From assembly GCA_903813345.2 (NCBI GenBank), contig CAIIXF020000001.1:7006001-7070000 (forward strand): a DNA stretch of 64,000 nt, read 5' to 3'. The notes beneath the pieces were generated by a model that saw only the letters and a program-made list of their open reading frames with translations, searched no databases and was not told where the DNA came from. Below are positions 12,901-27,000 of the stretch, one piece after another. Position 1 is the first letter of the stretch. Every line of letters starts with the position of its first letter. The translations under genes and the position numbers were made by a program. This DNA comes from Owenia fusiformis. Lineage: Eukaryota.

Positions 12901-15900
12901 ATTAGTTTTGACACTAAGTGCAACAAGACTTGGCAATTTCACATGCCTCGAAAGAACACTAATTGTGATGTCTGATTTCCTGTTGGTTTTCTATTATGGT
13001 TTATGATTTCCCATTACTTTTTTTTTTTAGAATACACACTGGTTTACAATATATTGCCACAGCCCCCAAGGCATCTTAACTCCACCACAAGTCATTTGTT
13101 ACCAGATCAGTGCAGAACTGAATCTAATGGAGCTGTGAAAAATTATGAAGAAGCTATATGGGTTTCAAGGCCAGCACCTACTTTAAGGTATTTTCATTGT
13201 TCAATCAGTGAGATTATGATTTAAAAATTCAATGTAATTTATTCTTTAAGGTAAATAATAAGCAACTCTATGGTTTACATCTATCTAGCTCTTATACTGT
13301 ACTTCTACCTGTATTGCCATGGAGTATGCTCATGTTATCATGCCTAACCATCGACAATGTACTGTGGCAAAATATATGGTTGTACACTTTAACTGTACAT
13401 TGTCATATTTGTATCAAAAATTATGATGTTTTAAAAGATTAATTTAAGGAATATTAAGTAGAATTTCATGTTTAATTTTATATACATGCTCTTCGCAAGA
13501 CTTTTAACTTTCTCAATACTTTAATAGATTCTCGAGCAATACTCAAATTTTTTCTCGATAATTCCACCCACATAGTTGACCAGTTCAAAAATGTTGGTTA
13601 TATTCACATGGATATGGGTGGAATTACCTAGAGAAAATTTGTGCTCTGCTTGAGAATCTGTTAACGTAATTAAAAAATTCTTGCCAAGAGCATGCACATT
13701 AAACATGAATTGAACATGAAATACTCAAACATATTCCTCAGATAAATATTTTAAAACCTACATCACAATTTTTACTTCAAATTACTACTTTTTGTCACTG
13801 TATGTTGTCAATGGCTAGGCGTGACGTTATAAGCTTGGTAATATTTAAAGGAATAACAATTAACTACAGTACATGTACGTGCCGATGCCCATATATCCCC
13901 CTTATGTTTCCAAGATGTACAACCTGTAATCAATTAATGTATTACTGTATTTTTTTATTTTCATAGGGACAATATACCTTTACTTACTGTTGAAACAAGG
14001 AAGGCCAGCATATGTAAGAGACCACAATGTAAACAGAGTGTGACATCACCAACTACATCTAGATCTTACTACTGGACAAGGCAACACTCAGTCGAAGATG
14101 CAATACTTGTAATACATTTTTACATATTTATTGAATTGTTGATTCAAATTGTTGATGAAAAACTAGCTGCATAGGTCTATTGACATAGGGTCAGAATCGG
14201 CTTTGGCATGAGTTAGAAACCTGTCGACATCACAATTAATCACAGTACAGTTTAATGCAGAAATGCAAGAAAATATAGAGCACACCACCTTACTCTGTTT
14301 CAGACTATAAGCTCTGTGAATCTAGAAAGTAAAACACAAGTTTGATTAGAGTTCTCTTAAGTTTTTCCCAAATGAACATTTACTATTTTAACACTACATT
14401 CCTTGGTGTTCAGATCTTCTTTTCTTCTTCCAAACTGCTAATCTCCATTAAATATATGCTTCTTTAAATTATTTTCCAGACTTCCAAAATGGATGACAAA
14501 AAGTGTGCTATATTACAGAAGCATATAATCGCCATAGTGATAGCCAGTGGAACTGATCCAATTATTCAGCTTGAAAACTTTGTTAAACCCTTGAGGACAA
14601 TAGATAAAGACTATGATGATTTGAGGCCAATAGTTCTTGTTGGTGACAGATATTACCTGGAGAGGGAGTGGGCTAGTTTACAACATTATCCAAAGATTTA
14701 TATTCATGAAGTAAGATCATCACTGGAATAACTATTAGTATAATTCATGTGTTTCAGGTATAAATATCATCTAGTAATCCAAGTATATTCAAACATAAAG
14801 CCTTATATTCCATGTAATAATTGGGTACGAATTGCAAATTGACCATACACATATATTGGTTGTATAATGCCATTTTTCAGTTCCAAACGACCCAAACAAC
14901 AGATAAGGTCCTTGACTTCAAAATGTTTAAGTACCTGATATCCATATTTTTCAGAGTTACCCCATTTTACCTCAAGTTTTAGAAGACGTGAATATTAGAC
15001 AAGCGTCATCCTGTGTCATCCTTTCTGCTGCTAGAGGGAGCTGTTCACACCCAGAATTACGGGACAAGGATGTTGTCATGTGTGCCTTGGAAGTGCAGTC
15101 CCTACTTAGAGAAAACCTGGATTGCAGAATGGTGAATTATGCAGGTGCATCAAATCCAGGTTAGACATAATTAATATAAGGAAAGGAACTACTTTTATAT
15201 GTAGATATGGTACTAGCCCACCAGAAAATATCAGTGTTCATTCATATTTCAAGTTTTTCTCAAAAAGTGTAAATGAACTGCTTGAATTTTGGTGTTTATA
15301 CAAGTTTGATAGTTGACGTCATGCCTGTTTATCAAATGGCAGATAGTTACATTATACTGCAAACCATTTAAATTTGTACGTGCATAATGTATGGTACTAA
15401 ATTGGGTGGATTCTAAAAGATTTGTTTGCCTCATGTTACTTCAGAATACACTGTGCAATCATCAGACTACAACTTTTCTCCAACACCAACTAAGACAAAC
15501 CTTCTAGTCGAGACAGCCAATGATTCCAGCGTGCAGTATCTAGGCAGAGAAAGCACACTGTCCATAGCCATCATGGATTCACTCGTTGTGTCAGTGAGTA
15601 TAATCATACTAGATTGTATACAACACTCACAATTGCATGTCAAACACTGCTTATGGACCCATATGTCCATAGAGGGAAAAGAATGTTTCAAACAACATTC
15701 ATTTCAACATATCCAAAACTTAAAACTTTTAATTTTTTTTTAATTTTTAAACCTTTGAAACTTTCCCGGGAGCAGGATATATTGTATCTGCCTGGAGCGG
15801 GACATATACAATATATCCTGCCCGCTCCTTAGATATGATGTATATTCCCAGGTGATATCTACCCCGAACCCACTCAAGTATGAGATACTGGTTGATATTT

Positions 15901-16916
15901 TCTAGACATATTACTCCCCCTGTGTATCCATGGTGGTTAATACTTTGTCCAGTGGTAGCAGTAGTGATGTAGCATCATTCACAAATCACAAAGGGGAGCA
16001 GACCAGTAGGAATCAAGTCACAACAATAACACTTGAGGATGGAGAATATTCTGAGTATAAGGTATACAGTATTGAATAATAGATCATTTCATTTAAGTTT
16101 TAAAGTGAAGATGAACCATGTTGTCACTTGAAATAACATGTTGTTTGATCTTTTCTGTGACATAATAACATTGTAATATGACCTTAAAATCAGTTGTGGT
16201 GAAAGTAACTTTCAAAGGCAATTTACATAAAAATATGTGTCTGAGCGTTGGCAATGTTTACTTTCAATTTCAACAACTTATTCTTTTATATTCAGAATGG
16301 TTACTATGGGGATCTATTTTCCCATGCACTAGTGACCAATGGTGTGTTGTGTCTGGGAGTACGGAGAAAGTGCAGCCAAACCTTTGGGCAGGAAAACAGG
16401 AGAGTCATCACAAATCCACAAAGCAGTTTTAGACTGAATTCTTCTGACAGTGTAAGAAAATGAACGATCTGATACAAAAATCTGGATCCTTAATTTTTGA
16501 TTACATATACTTTTAATTGCCACTATTGTTTGATTAATATTGTATTTTGATATAGTATTTTTGTGTATTTACACTTGTATTTTCTGGACCATGATTCTTA
16601 TTTATTTATTAACCATCAATGAAGATGACTTGGACATTTTGAAACAAAGTGAAATTTATGAGCAAAAATATAGTAGACATATTTTATTAACTTGTTCAGC
16701 ATCAGGTCTGGGAACCCCTCCCTCCCTCTGACCCTCCCCATCTACATGTACATGGCTTTCCCTCTTGGAGTGGTTAGTAGGGAGGGGGGGGGGACTGGGG
16801 CAATGGTATTGAACTAAAATATTGAAGTAATTGCTCTCTATTTTCAGGTATATTGTTTGTTGCCTCAAGAAAACCCAATGCAGGACAATGGGAACATTAC
16901 CATATCTGAAATATGA
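975..16916 (+). CDS. Divergent Slo1/BK (KCNMA1/KCNU1-family) potassium channel alpha subunit; 5' end (S0-S1) not identified in window
   Basis: Phase-consistent GT-AG exons: 975(or 958)-1059, 2286-2397, 3904-4055, 4348-4518, 5103-5197, 5585-5695, 6320-6425, 6857-7009, 9024-9188, 10012-10124, 10428-10598, 12682-12770, 13031-13187, 13967-14108, 14480-14710, 14955-15159(or 15144), 15445-15593, 15906-16061, 16296-16451, 16848-16916 (TGA). The translation is collinear with BK: S2 LPLDALLHCCFFIFSMLR, S3 IVDIFTIPQPFIAIYLGRNWLG, S4 LRFLRALNL, pore VTMSTVGFGD, RCK1 VCGHIT..FLKD/FTQV.YFQGSVLN/ADACLILSNK/EDVANIMR, RCK2 NFVKPLR/YLEREW/CVILSA/YGDLF/VITNP. No in-frame stops. Confidence 0.92.
1087..1337. repeat. 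Palindromic (foldback) MITE-like repeat
   Basis: ~90-bp inverted arms (taatgggagggatggaatatgaattttattctgagggaaaat / attttccctcagaataaaattcat..cctcccatta). Relatives at 58750-58912, 58995-59145, 38385-38572 and 15765-15888. Confidence 0.8.
3490..3870. repeat. AGTACT-rich ~109-bp tandem repeat / MITE remnant
   Basis: Repeated gagtaatgaaaaatcaatgaaattag and multiple GAGTACT/AGTACTC palindromes. Confidence 0.7.
7099..8772. mobile_element. Probable solo LTR (1674 bp) with internal GGCTC(C/T)TCT-rich tandem array
   Basis: TGT...ACA termini, flanked by ATAT on both sides (7095-7098, 8773-8776). Higher GC than the host intron. No coding domain. Confidence 0.65.
7355..7850. repeat. GC-rich degenerate tandem repeat (GGCTCCTCT/GGCTCTT subunits)
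   Basis: Repeated ctggctcttcgttcagctc / gagcttggctcttctggctc units visible directly. Confidence 0.9.
9387..9802. mobile_element. PIF/Harbinger-like MITE
   Basis: TAA|GGGGAGGCATCAAAAGTTC...GAACTTTTGATGCCTCCCC|TAA, ~50-bp TIRs. Confidence 0.8.
10938..12210 (+). mobile_element. HINE-like element (second family)
   Basis: TTTTTAGCTCACATGGTGAGC, (GTCC/GTCT)n microsatellite, internal tandem repeats, and 3' CCATGTGAGC + AGTACCcacGGTACT hairpin + T-run. Confidence 0.75.
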
Positions 16917-17186
16917 TCAAGATCACAATCTGTGGTGTGAAACAGTGGCAGGATTTAGTGGAAATGCTTATTGGAATAACATGTTAGATTTGAAACTTTG
17001 CTAATGTATATATCATCGAATGGGATTTTAGGTCTGCATTGTATTGTATTTTCGTTACCGCCATATTTTGGCGAGCAGTACCTCATTGGTATATTCCATA
17101 TTTTACTTACGAGAACATGTATTTACACTCGAAGACAGAGCCAGTAACCCCTCCTAGGAGGAGCCCTGTGTTCTATGTGCTCCAAA

Positions 17187-17340
17187 TACACAGACATACA
17201 AGGACACACAACAGCCTTTTTAAAGTTGTGGGTCAAACACCCTGAATTACAAAATGCACAAATTTGTCTGAATCGGGAATCGAATGTGGGTCAGCAACAG
17301 TGGTAACCTTGGCTCTGCCAATGAGCCATAGTAGATGGAC
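17187..17340 (-). mobile_element. tRNA-derived SINE copy
   Basis: Shares tacacagacatacaag, aaatttgtctgaa, agtggtaacct and ccaatgagccatag with the 27-kb copy. B-box-like TTCGATTCCC. Confidence 0.65.
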
Positions 17341-17666
17341 TAAAAAGGAATTAAGGACAGTTATGGTTAAATGTTTGATTTGGTATTGATCAGTAAAGCT
17401 GAATTTACTATTGGAGTTGTTGCCACAAAATTACTAAACTATAGACATACACAGGACTCTTGCTGGAGAATTTTAAATAAATGTAGCTTCAGAACTAAAG
17501 TACCATATATCTCCAAATAAAAATGCTTTCTACGTGCCTGAATATCATAATTACTCCATATTTATATACAAAATGTAAATATACTTATTAATTAAATGTT
17601 TTTCATTTAGGAGACTATATGTAGCATATATATATATAAATTATTCATAAATCTTTTGAAGAATAA

Positions 17667-17900
17667 GGAAGCATCTCAAAAGTTCAATGTTTGATGGATT
17701 ACTAACTGTATTTGAACAGTTAATCTGTGACTCCTCCTCCCCCTTATAACTTTGTTTGGGAAATGTTGATTTCGTTGGTCACACTATATATTATAATTAT
17801 TCACTGTCAGTAAGATGATTTTTAATGTTATTAACCCCCTTCCCCCTATAACTGTTCAAATACACTTAATTTTCTGACACCGATATTTTGAAATGCTCCC
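17667..17900. mobile_element. Harbinger-like MITE (older, termini similar to the 9387 element)
   Basis: TAA|GGAAGCATCTCAAAA...TTTTGAAATGCTCCC|TAA. Confidence 0.6.
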
Positions 17901-19212
17901 TAAAGTGATTCCCTGTTATATAACATACATGATCATACCGATGTTGACTTTGTGGTTAATAAATCAAACAATAGAATTAATATTTATTAGTTTCAAATAT
18001 ATCTGTATTTCCCCTCATATATACAATGTTTCCACCCTCTTATATTATGTACAAACTTAAAATACATGATATTGAACAGCCAATTACAAAAAGATTTTCT
18101 TCATAGTTATAAACTGAAGTGAAGTTGATGTAATCCCAGGGTCTCATCTTCTCAAAGTTTGTAATTTCTGGAAAGTTGGCTTAGTTTTGTGAAAATATCA
18201 TAGTTCACATTGTAAATTCATTGAGACAACTGATATTTGTCCACAAATCAGTTTATGGACGACTCAGAGTCTTTGACTAGTTATTCTCGTAGAATTAGGT
18301 AAGCCATGATTGTAAGCTTGCAAACTGACCTCTTGTAAGACTAAATCTAATACATTTAATCTTATTAATATATTTTCCATTGTATCCAGGTCTCCCCCAG
18401 TACTTTCCAACATAAGCTATAAATAAAAACTTGCAATAATTTCAATACATTATCAACTGAAAACATATGTAACCTTGTCATTGTATCTTTCAACAATCAC
18501 CTTCAACAACCTTCACAAGTCCATATGCTTCAAGAACAACACGTCGGCATGGTTACTGGACTAACATACATCCAATGTTTAAATTTTCAAAAGCGATTTC
18601 AAAATGTCTGCCATATTAAATACTGTAGTAATAATAATGATTATCTACAACTTTTTGCATACACATACTTTGTATGTACAAATGCTATAATTTAATAATA
18701 AAAACAACACCTATTATGAATTTATCAAAAAGGTTACAAAATAGGCAAACAAAAAGTGCACTAATCATAAAACAACAATTATATGCATTTGATACTTTAA
18801 GGCTGATTATTATGTTGCACTCTGTATTATACGATGAGTTAATACAAAACATGTTCACGTACATGGGATCAAAAACAGTTGGAATGACAATTCACTATTT
18901 AAATTAACATTAATTTAGTTTACAACAGTCATCTTAAATAAAATACAGTAAACCTGACATTGTGATTCAAAACAGGCATATGTACATGTTCATTATGGCA
19001 ACATTTCAAACTGCATTGAATCCAGTAGATACATATTATGTATCATGTCATGTATTGGTCTTCTGTAAACAAGCTTAACAGTCCCAAGAGAGGAATATAA
19101 TGTATAATTTTTCAACGATGTTATACAGTGTGGTATTGAAAACCAAGCATTACTTTTGAACTCCTCAAATACAAGACATTTAGTGAATGGATCTTGAGTC
19201 ACAGGATGTTCA

Positions 19213-19540
19213 ATACTATAAGTTATAGAATGATTTGAAGTGCAATACAGGTTATATTCTGCTCGAGAAATTCCGTATTGGAACGAGACAAAGTCGAGTG
19301 CCAATACAGAATATTGAGACAGAATACTAGTATATCCTGTATTGCACTTCAAATCATTCAATAACGTTTTTATCGGGTGATCCTCTGTATTGCTAGTGAG
19401 ATTGTCCCCTCCGTACCAATATTTTCTGTATTGCAACGGAGATGATCAACGGGGACAGTCTCAGTAGCAATACAGGTTGGTACAGCACAAGAACTGACCA
19501 ACAATCAGAAGGCTTCAATTTACAGATCATACGATAAATG
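19213..19540 (+). repeat. Dispersed double-hairpin repeat, copy 1
   Basis: Reverse complement of 31699-32017. Internal inverted arms gaatgatttgaagtgcaatacagg / cctgtattgcacttcaaatcattc. Confidence 0.85.
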
Positions 19541-21021
19541 CCTTTATTGCTCTAAATTGAACTGATGAAACAGTTTGAAATTCACATCATTTGGAGACCT
19601 AAGTGTCAACAATATATTAATATTCTTATCAGCCATTCTATAGCAGAATATGGTTTAGATGAGGAAGCATCTTTAATCGATTTAAATTTTCTAACATTTT
19701 ATTAACAGGAGAAAAATCAAAGATGATCTCTCGTGGAATGGTGTCTATTACTCCCGATGTGCAGGAGATCTTCAACAGTTCTAAATTGGACAGTCCAAAA
19801 GTCAATTTGCCATATTGTAGTACAAACATAATCTGAGACTGGAAAATCATATTATCTAAAAATCTTATGGCACAAAGTGAAACTTCTGGATTACGAGTTT
19901 GTTCACAATAAATCAACTGGCACCTTATACCTAATTAATCCACTATTTCACCTTTATATAACATTGCATAATAACACTACAATACTGCATGTTTGTCTAC
20001 CTCAATGGCTCAAGAACTTTTCTTTTTCTTATTTGGTTAATACAGTTAGATGTTGAATTAAACGCTGATGCCATGTATACCTCAGCTTCTATATTGTGGG
20101 GAATCAGCGTTCAGGTATAATTCACTAAGAACCCTTAGACAGCTCAATCCATTCAGTTCAAATTGATCGAACAAGTGTATGATTTACTTTAAGAACCCCT
20201 AACTGTCTAGTCCGTATAATTTGGACCAGTGAGTATATAATATTTTAAGAATCCTCAAACTGCTCAGTCCATATTGATTGGATGAGAGCGACACAATGAG
20301 AATGACAATAAGTCAATAATATATATTATCTACATAGGTTTTCCATTGTGTTACTTTAATTTGGAATGTAACTTGTTTTATCTACATTGTTGATGTCCTA
20401 GATATAGTTCATTTTAAGTATTATGCAGCAAGGCTAGACTAAGATACACATTATTTAGGGGAAATATATAAGTATACACTCATACACCAGCACTCTTAAA
20501 AATGTGTACCCCAACCTCCCCATTATTGGTAAAAACATATACCATTTAAATGTACTGGTATATTTAATATGTGAGCTGTAATACTGTACTTAATATATAC
20601 TTAATATGTATGTACTATCATTTGGTGCCATTTGCAACATTTTCCATTTTAAGTCAAAGAACTTCTTCCTAATGATAATCATCCTCCAAACGCATCCTCC
20701 ATACATCAACCACTACGTTCCTTCCTTTTTCTGGAAGAACGAGGTCCAAGTTCTGGAAGCCTGCGTTTGGAGGATAAATGATAATGAAAATAAGCATTTT
20801 GCTACGGTCAAAGCTATTGCTTTCTGTGTAAATTTTAGGTTTGATGTTGTTCATTTGTTAAGATCTTGTCATGTTACATCGTTCATCTTTGTCCAAAACA
20901 TGATGAAATTCCTCACTATGATCAATAATAAATATATCAGATCCCTCATAACACTATCCATAACATATTTTTATGTATCTATATAACTTCATATCACATT
21001 AGGTATGTCTCACATAATTGG

Positions 21022-24000
21022 TTACCTTCTCAAATTTTTTGGATGACTAATTTTTTCTTTTACTTCTTCCGCCATAGGCTTTAATTTCTCAACATAGTCC
21101 CCATGTCTTTTCTCAGATATTGTAGCTAAAAGTCCCCCTTCACATTTAGGCTTGTTACCATCTGAATAGTCTATATAGCTACCATCCAGTGTTGTCATTT
21201 TGCCTTTTATGGCATTTAATATTGCATTTCCTGCACATATATCCCATTTCTTAATGAGTGTTGTATGAACATAGGCATCAACGTTACCCAGGGCAACTTC
21301 TATAGATTTAAACCCTGAAAATATTGAGATAATAGAATGTTATTTTACAACTATAGTTAAATACAATTTGTCTCTTTGTCATGCTTCAAGCCGCATCAAG
21401 CAAATATCAAATCACATATCATATCAAAATTCTTCAATAGGTCCATCACAAAAAAACAAATTAAATATCTTATTTTTAAATTAAGAATTTATCATCATTT
21501 ATATTGTGAAACTCTTGTCATGTGTTAATGAAAAGGTAGTACAGTATAACCAACCATGCAATTTGGTACAGTAAACCCTGTTACACTAAAAGGTGTTTGG
21601 TGTTCCATTTATAAAGGTTTGATCAATATTAATCGGTGTGTCACAGAATGTGAACTGGTTTCATTTTACAAAGGTGTTCTGCAGGGTGAGCCAAAAAACA
21701 GTAACCAAAACATTAAAATTTGTTTGGTCTTTTTTGACTCACCCTGTACTTTACTGATTTAACTGAATTTTAGTCCTGTCTCTCACAATTATTCTTTGAA
21801 ATCTTACCTGCTCCACCTGCTGGGACAACTTTGGTTTTCTCACCAAATGTTTTCTTTGCAATACTTTCCACTTCACCAGCATGTGACCTAGAGACTATAA
21901 TCTTGTATTCGTTCCCCTCTTTCTCTTTATCCTGGTCTTCTGGCACTATAAGATTCTTGGAGTGGCCATAGCCTTCCCATGCCCATACTGCAAGTAGTCA
22001 ATTACAATGGTGATGGGTGGTCAAAATATATTATATGACAATACTCCAGAATCTGGGTTTTTACTGAAATATTGCAGTTGAGTTTATACAAACATTTTGT
22101 CTTTCTCAAAAATTTACTACACACATCATTGCCATTGATTTCATAAGGCTGCAAATGTCAGCAAACCTTTTTAACTGCTACAACAACAACTCTAGGGTAT
22201 GGTAAATTCCATCATACAATTTTGTCAAGCTTATTTACATTTTCTTGATCTTTTTTATATGACACATACCAGGTCGTTCAATAAGTTCACGGAAAAATGC
22301 TCTCATTTCAAAGATTCTTGATATTTTCCCATAAAATTTTCACACAATGTGCAAAAAATACTTTCTCATCGATTCCTAAAATATCAGCATCTCATATTTG
22401 ATTGGTCAAAAACAAGGGTTACTATGGTAATTTGACTTTTGGGTAGGCGGGGCACTTTTTACGTCACACTATTTACCATTACAGATATCTATCAATATGT
22501 GCAAATGAAGGATCCCTATTTTTTATTTGTTCTTATTTATATTACAAATGTTCTGAGGGAAAATTGATGTTCATTGTTATCACGAACATTTCTGAAATCA
22601 TGCTAGTCAATGCTGTACCAGTGGACCAGAAAATCAACAAAGAGTAATGCTATGGAAAGTTGATTAAAACTTAACCATCCAGCCAAACTCTAACTTTTTC
22701 CATCGGGATAATGCAGCCGATCACACTGCTAATATTGTGCAGGAAACCATCACAATTAATTGGCAAAATAGATGGCAAAGCTGCCCCAAGCTACATAATC
22801 TCCAGATGAGATAATCCTTGATTTTGCTGTTTTCACGAGGATGAAGGATCAGCTAAGAAGTGCACTTTATGGAACAATGAAACAACTTTCGACTGTAGTC
22901 AAGATTGCCTTTTAAACAAGTTTTCCAGATGGCTTCAGAGCACTGTATCGTCAATAGGCTAAATGCAAGCGACTGTGCATTAAACATGAGGCGGGAGAAT
23001 ATTTCTGAAACCTTATGGGACAATAGTTGTAACTATTACATTAAGTTATATCATGTACAAGTAGAAGAGGAAATTCATGTGATATGTATACTCACAAATT
23101 GCCTACTATTCTTTTGTTTTTCTAATAAATAATCAATGTGACGTAAAAAGTGCCCCGCCTACCCAAAAGTCAAGTTACCATAGTAACCATTATTTTTGAC
23201 CAATCAAATAAGAGATGCTGATATTTTAATATTCAATCAGAAAGTATTTTTTATTCATTGTGTGAACATTTCATTAGAAATTATCAAAAATCTTTGAAAT
23301 GAGAGCATTTTTCCGTGAATTTATTGAACGACCTGGTAGTCATGTTTATTACTCCAAGGGATATCAAATTATTGCTAAAATCATGGTATGTCCCTTTAAT
23401 ATATAATATTAGGCAAAGGTTATGAAATCTTGTGTTTAACATTATAATTTTGAGTTGCAGAAGAATGAATGATTTTTTTATTTCTTTAGTACCTTTATAT
23501 CTATGTATAATCAAACATAAAGTACACTAGTTTTGGTATGCTAGGATAATGGTCTATTTTATATCATTAATGGACATAATCAACAGAAGTTTGAAATGAA
23601 TAAGCTGAGACATGCTAAACATTATTTTCATTTACCTTTGCCTTTTATGTATTCAATTATAACCTACTTGTTTCTCCCTCCCCTTTCTGAGCGAAGGGTT
23701 TGTGTATGATCCCCATGACAGGACGTCCCCTCAATGCTACACATGTCATCACAGTAACATACTCTGTAAGCTTTTCTAAAATGAAACACATCAAAGGAAT
23801 TAAAAAAATACAGAATGATTTTCATGATCCTAGAGATTTTGAACATGAAAATTACACAGCTTTTTTTGATTTTTTTCCTGACAAATCTAATTTTAACATA
23901 AAATGACAGAAATGCTTTAAAATGCAATAATGGCAATTTTGAAGTGATAATATTAAAGTTTGTTTCAAGACCGCATATCGTGAAATAACTTCAGTATTTG

Positions 24001-27000
24001 AGTACTTAATTCCTTTCTAATTGGACATATTTTAATTTTGGTATTTTTGGTGTCATACAATTCCTTGAACAGATCTGGGAGTACTTATTCAAGGTTATTC
24101 AAAATCTGTACTACCTGTGCACATTTTGTGTAATTTGCATTCATAAGAACAGGACAAAATACTTAGGTCCTCGCATATAAATCATTTAGGCCAAGAAAAA
24201 TACTCTCATTCCTGGTCAACAAGCTTCAAAATTAACACCTTCCTGCCGGACTAATTTTTTTCCTTGAACCTTTGCCGCCAAACTCTTATCACAAAACTTC
24301 CTTGGCCAATACTCTGCGATTTTACTCTCACTTTAATAATCATCAAAATATGTAAGATAACATTCTCACATGTTTTAAAAACAGACATAATGTTGCCTTA
24401 CAGGTGATACTATTGAATGGGCATTTAATTTGAATTATTGATCTTAACCAACAGCTTCATCCAACAATTCATCATAAATTACCATTTGAAGTACTTCACA
24501 CAAGTACAAGCTTTACATGTAAGCATATGTTTTGGTAATAAACAAGTATTGATTCGCAGCATGTATGAAAATACCATTTTTAGAAATTATAGAAGAAGGT
24601 TTTTAGCAATAATTATAGATTTTTACATGACTAAGGGTTTAACACAGTGAAACCTGTAAAGGTGAACACTTCTACAAATGGGACACTTCAATAAGGAAAA
24701 CTTTAAAGGTGCCAAAGGTGTTTCGCTTATACAGGTTTTACTTCTTGTATTCACTTTTATCATTGACTTGTAAAGGAAAAACTGTAAAAAATTTCCTAAT
24801 CATCATTTTCCCAATCGAATTTTTCCCAATCACCATTTCAGTTTATAATGTGTTTATGGACTGGGATTTTGAACCAAATGATATATAGATATGTTAGTTA
24901 GAGTATTCATGTAAAATTACATCAATATTTTGATCTGGTCCCTTTGTTAGAAAGAAATCAATATCTCACTACATGTTGATTCAGGAGTAAAAACATTAAA
25001 TAACCTGTTACATTGAAAGAAATACATTACTTCATGGCTGTGTAAATATAGAATAACAGCATAGAATAAGATTTCTGAGAAACACTTTTCTAAAATAAAC
25101 ATTAATATTAAACTATCAAAAAATTAAAATGTTCAAAATCCTGTGATGCCATTGCTGTACAATGCAAGAAAGGAGATGTAGTTTGTCACCCTTGTCTTTC
25201 CAATCAAGATCTATCAATTATTTCGCATTTGAAAGAGCCTATGGATTGGCATTCAGAGTTTTAGTGGATTTTGAGTGGACCAACATGAAAAAAAGTTCAG
25301 CAGTCCAATGCGGACATTCCTGAAGTCAACCATGTGCATCCTGAAGTTAATGTACATAATCTCATGCATTATGTTTTGTATCATGAGACCTTGTGTGATG
25401 CCGTTAAGTTCTGCTATTCTGTGTGACATTCCAAAAAGTCTCAGAATAATTAAAACTTTGAACAGCGAAAATAAATTCTTTTGTACATTTGCATTTGTGA
25501 TGCATCTTATTTGTCTTGAATACTCAAATATAATTGGTTACTATTTCTGAATTTTTCTTTTTGAGCCAATCAGAACACTTATAACAAAACATGACAAAGC
25601 TTTTAAGAAGAGAGTAGTATCTAACATTGGACTATCTTAATAATTTCATTTCTTTCTTTCTGGTTTGATAGGTCAAAAAAACAATTTAGAGGCAATTCAA
25701 ATTACAGGAAACCAAAAGCTAGCTATCATTTAATTCAAAGTCTTCAAAAAGTCAATGTCAGAGTCTAGAAAAAGCAACTTAAAGTAAGCTATATTAATGG
25801 GACCATCTTTATGTTCTTTATGATTAGATTTTGATGAGTAACATGCAACGTGAAAACGTCTTGCCACCTGACAAAACCCCCTTTCTATAGGACCCTGAAA
25901 GGGCTGGCATGATTTTGAAAAGCATACCATTTGTATCTTTCTTGATATTAGAGTATGACATTCTGGAATATAACAGAAATCAAATCTGTTGAACTTACAC
26001 CCATATTCCAAAATAAATGTCAAAAAACAAAAACATTATCATCCGATGCACCTACTAGAAAACTATGGACGGCAACTAAAACATCAATGTATAATAAATT
26101 CAAACCTGTGTATTCTTGTGTTGCATCTAAGGGGTCCATCCAGACTGTGACATCATCTAGGGCTACTTGGCTATCAGAATTTGTCCTATCCAGTACCTCA
26201 GCAAGACGTTTACTGACTGTTGGAATTGATTTAAAGTCAGCTGGTTCATGTTCATGCTCTTCAGAGACAACCTGTATGAATGCAATTCATAATGTAAACT
26301 TATAAAAACTTATATAAAAACACCACAGTAATAGCCTTTGATGGGACGATATGCAGGAAATAGGTCGGGAAATCTATCATGCCAGGGGCATGCCAGGTTC
26401 ATTTTTTTGGTTTGCTCTTTCATGAATGTGCAAAAGTGAATAAACTTAACTCTATTCCTTAACGAAGAGCTAGTAGTTTGAAACGCTCGCAGAATTTACT
26501 GACTCAAGAAGCAAAATGAACATATGACCTCTGCAATTTGAGATAACTGGAACTTTTGTGACTTTGACAGAACATAGGGAATGAATGTTAGCATCTATTG
26601 AAGTAAACAAGATAATCCAGTGAAAACTGATCTACTTTTTATGAAAGAAAAAGGCCATGAACAAAGCAACATGTTAATTTATATGACATCATAGATTAAT
26701 ATAGAATCAATATTGATGTACATGTATGTGATGTTAAGATTATCTGTTTGTTTAGTTGTCGCTGGGGAAACATGTGACTGATGTCATAATTGATGTGATA
26801 TTTCATATCTTCGAATCACAACCTCATCATATGACGACTTGATAGTTGCCTTACCAACTCGCCATATAAGCTAATAAAGACGGGCTTACTGAACTGGAAG
26901 TCCCATGAAGGGTTCAAGCCTGATCCATAGAAAGGATGCTCCACCCAATCCGTGTAGGCCTTCGTAAAAATGGGTGTATGCACTGATACACAGACATACA

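Noticed and set aside
975-16916. Calling the Slo-like gene a pseudogene or the canonical slo/KCNMA1 ortholog
   Set aside because: No stops or frameshifts over 20 exons argues against a pseudogene. Divergence at normally invariant Slo1 sites argues against the canonical ortholog, so no gene symbol is assigned.
18993-19436. 147-aa minus-strand ORF
   Set aside because: Half of it overlaps the double-hairpin repeat; no recognisable protein features.
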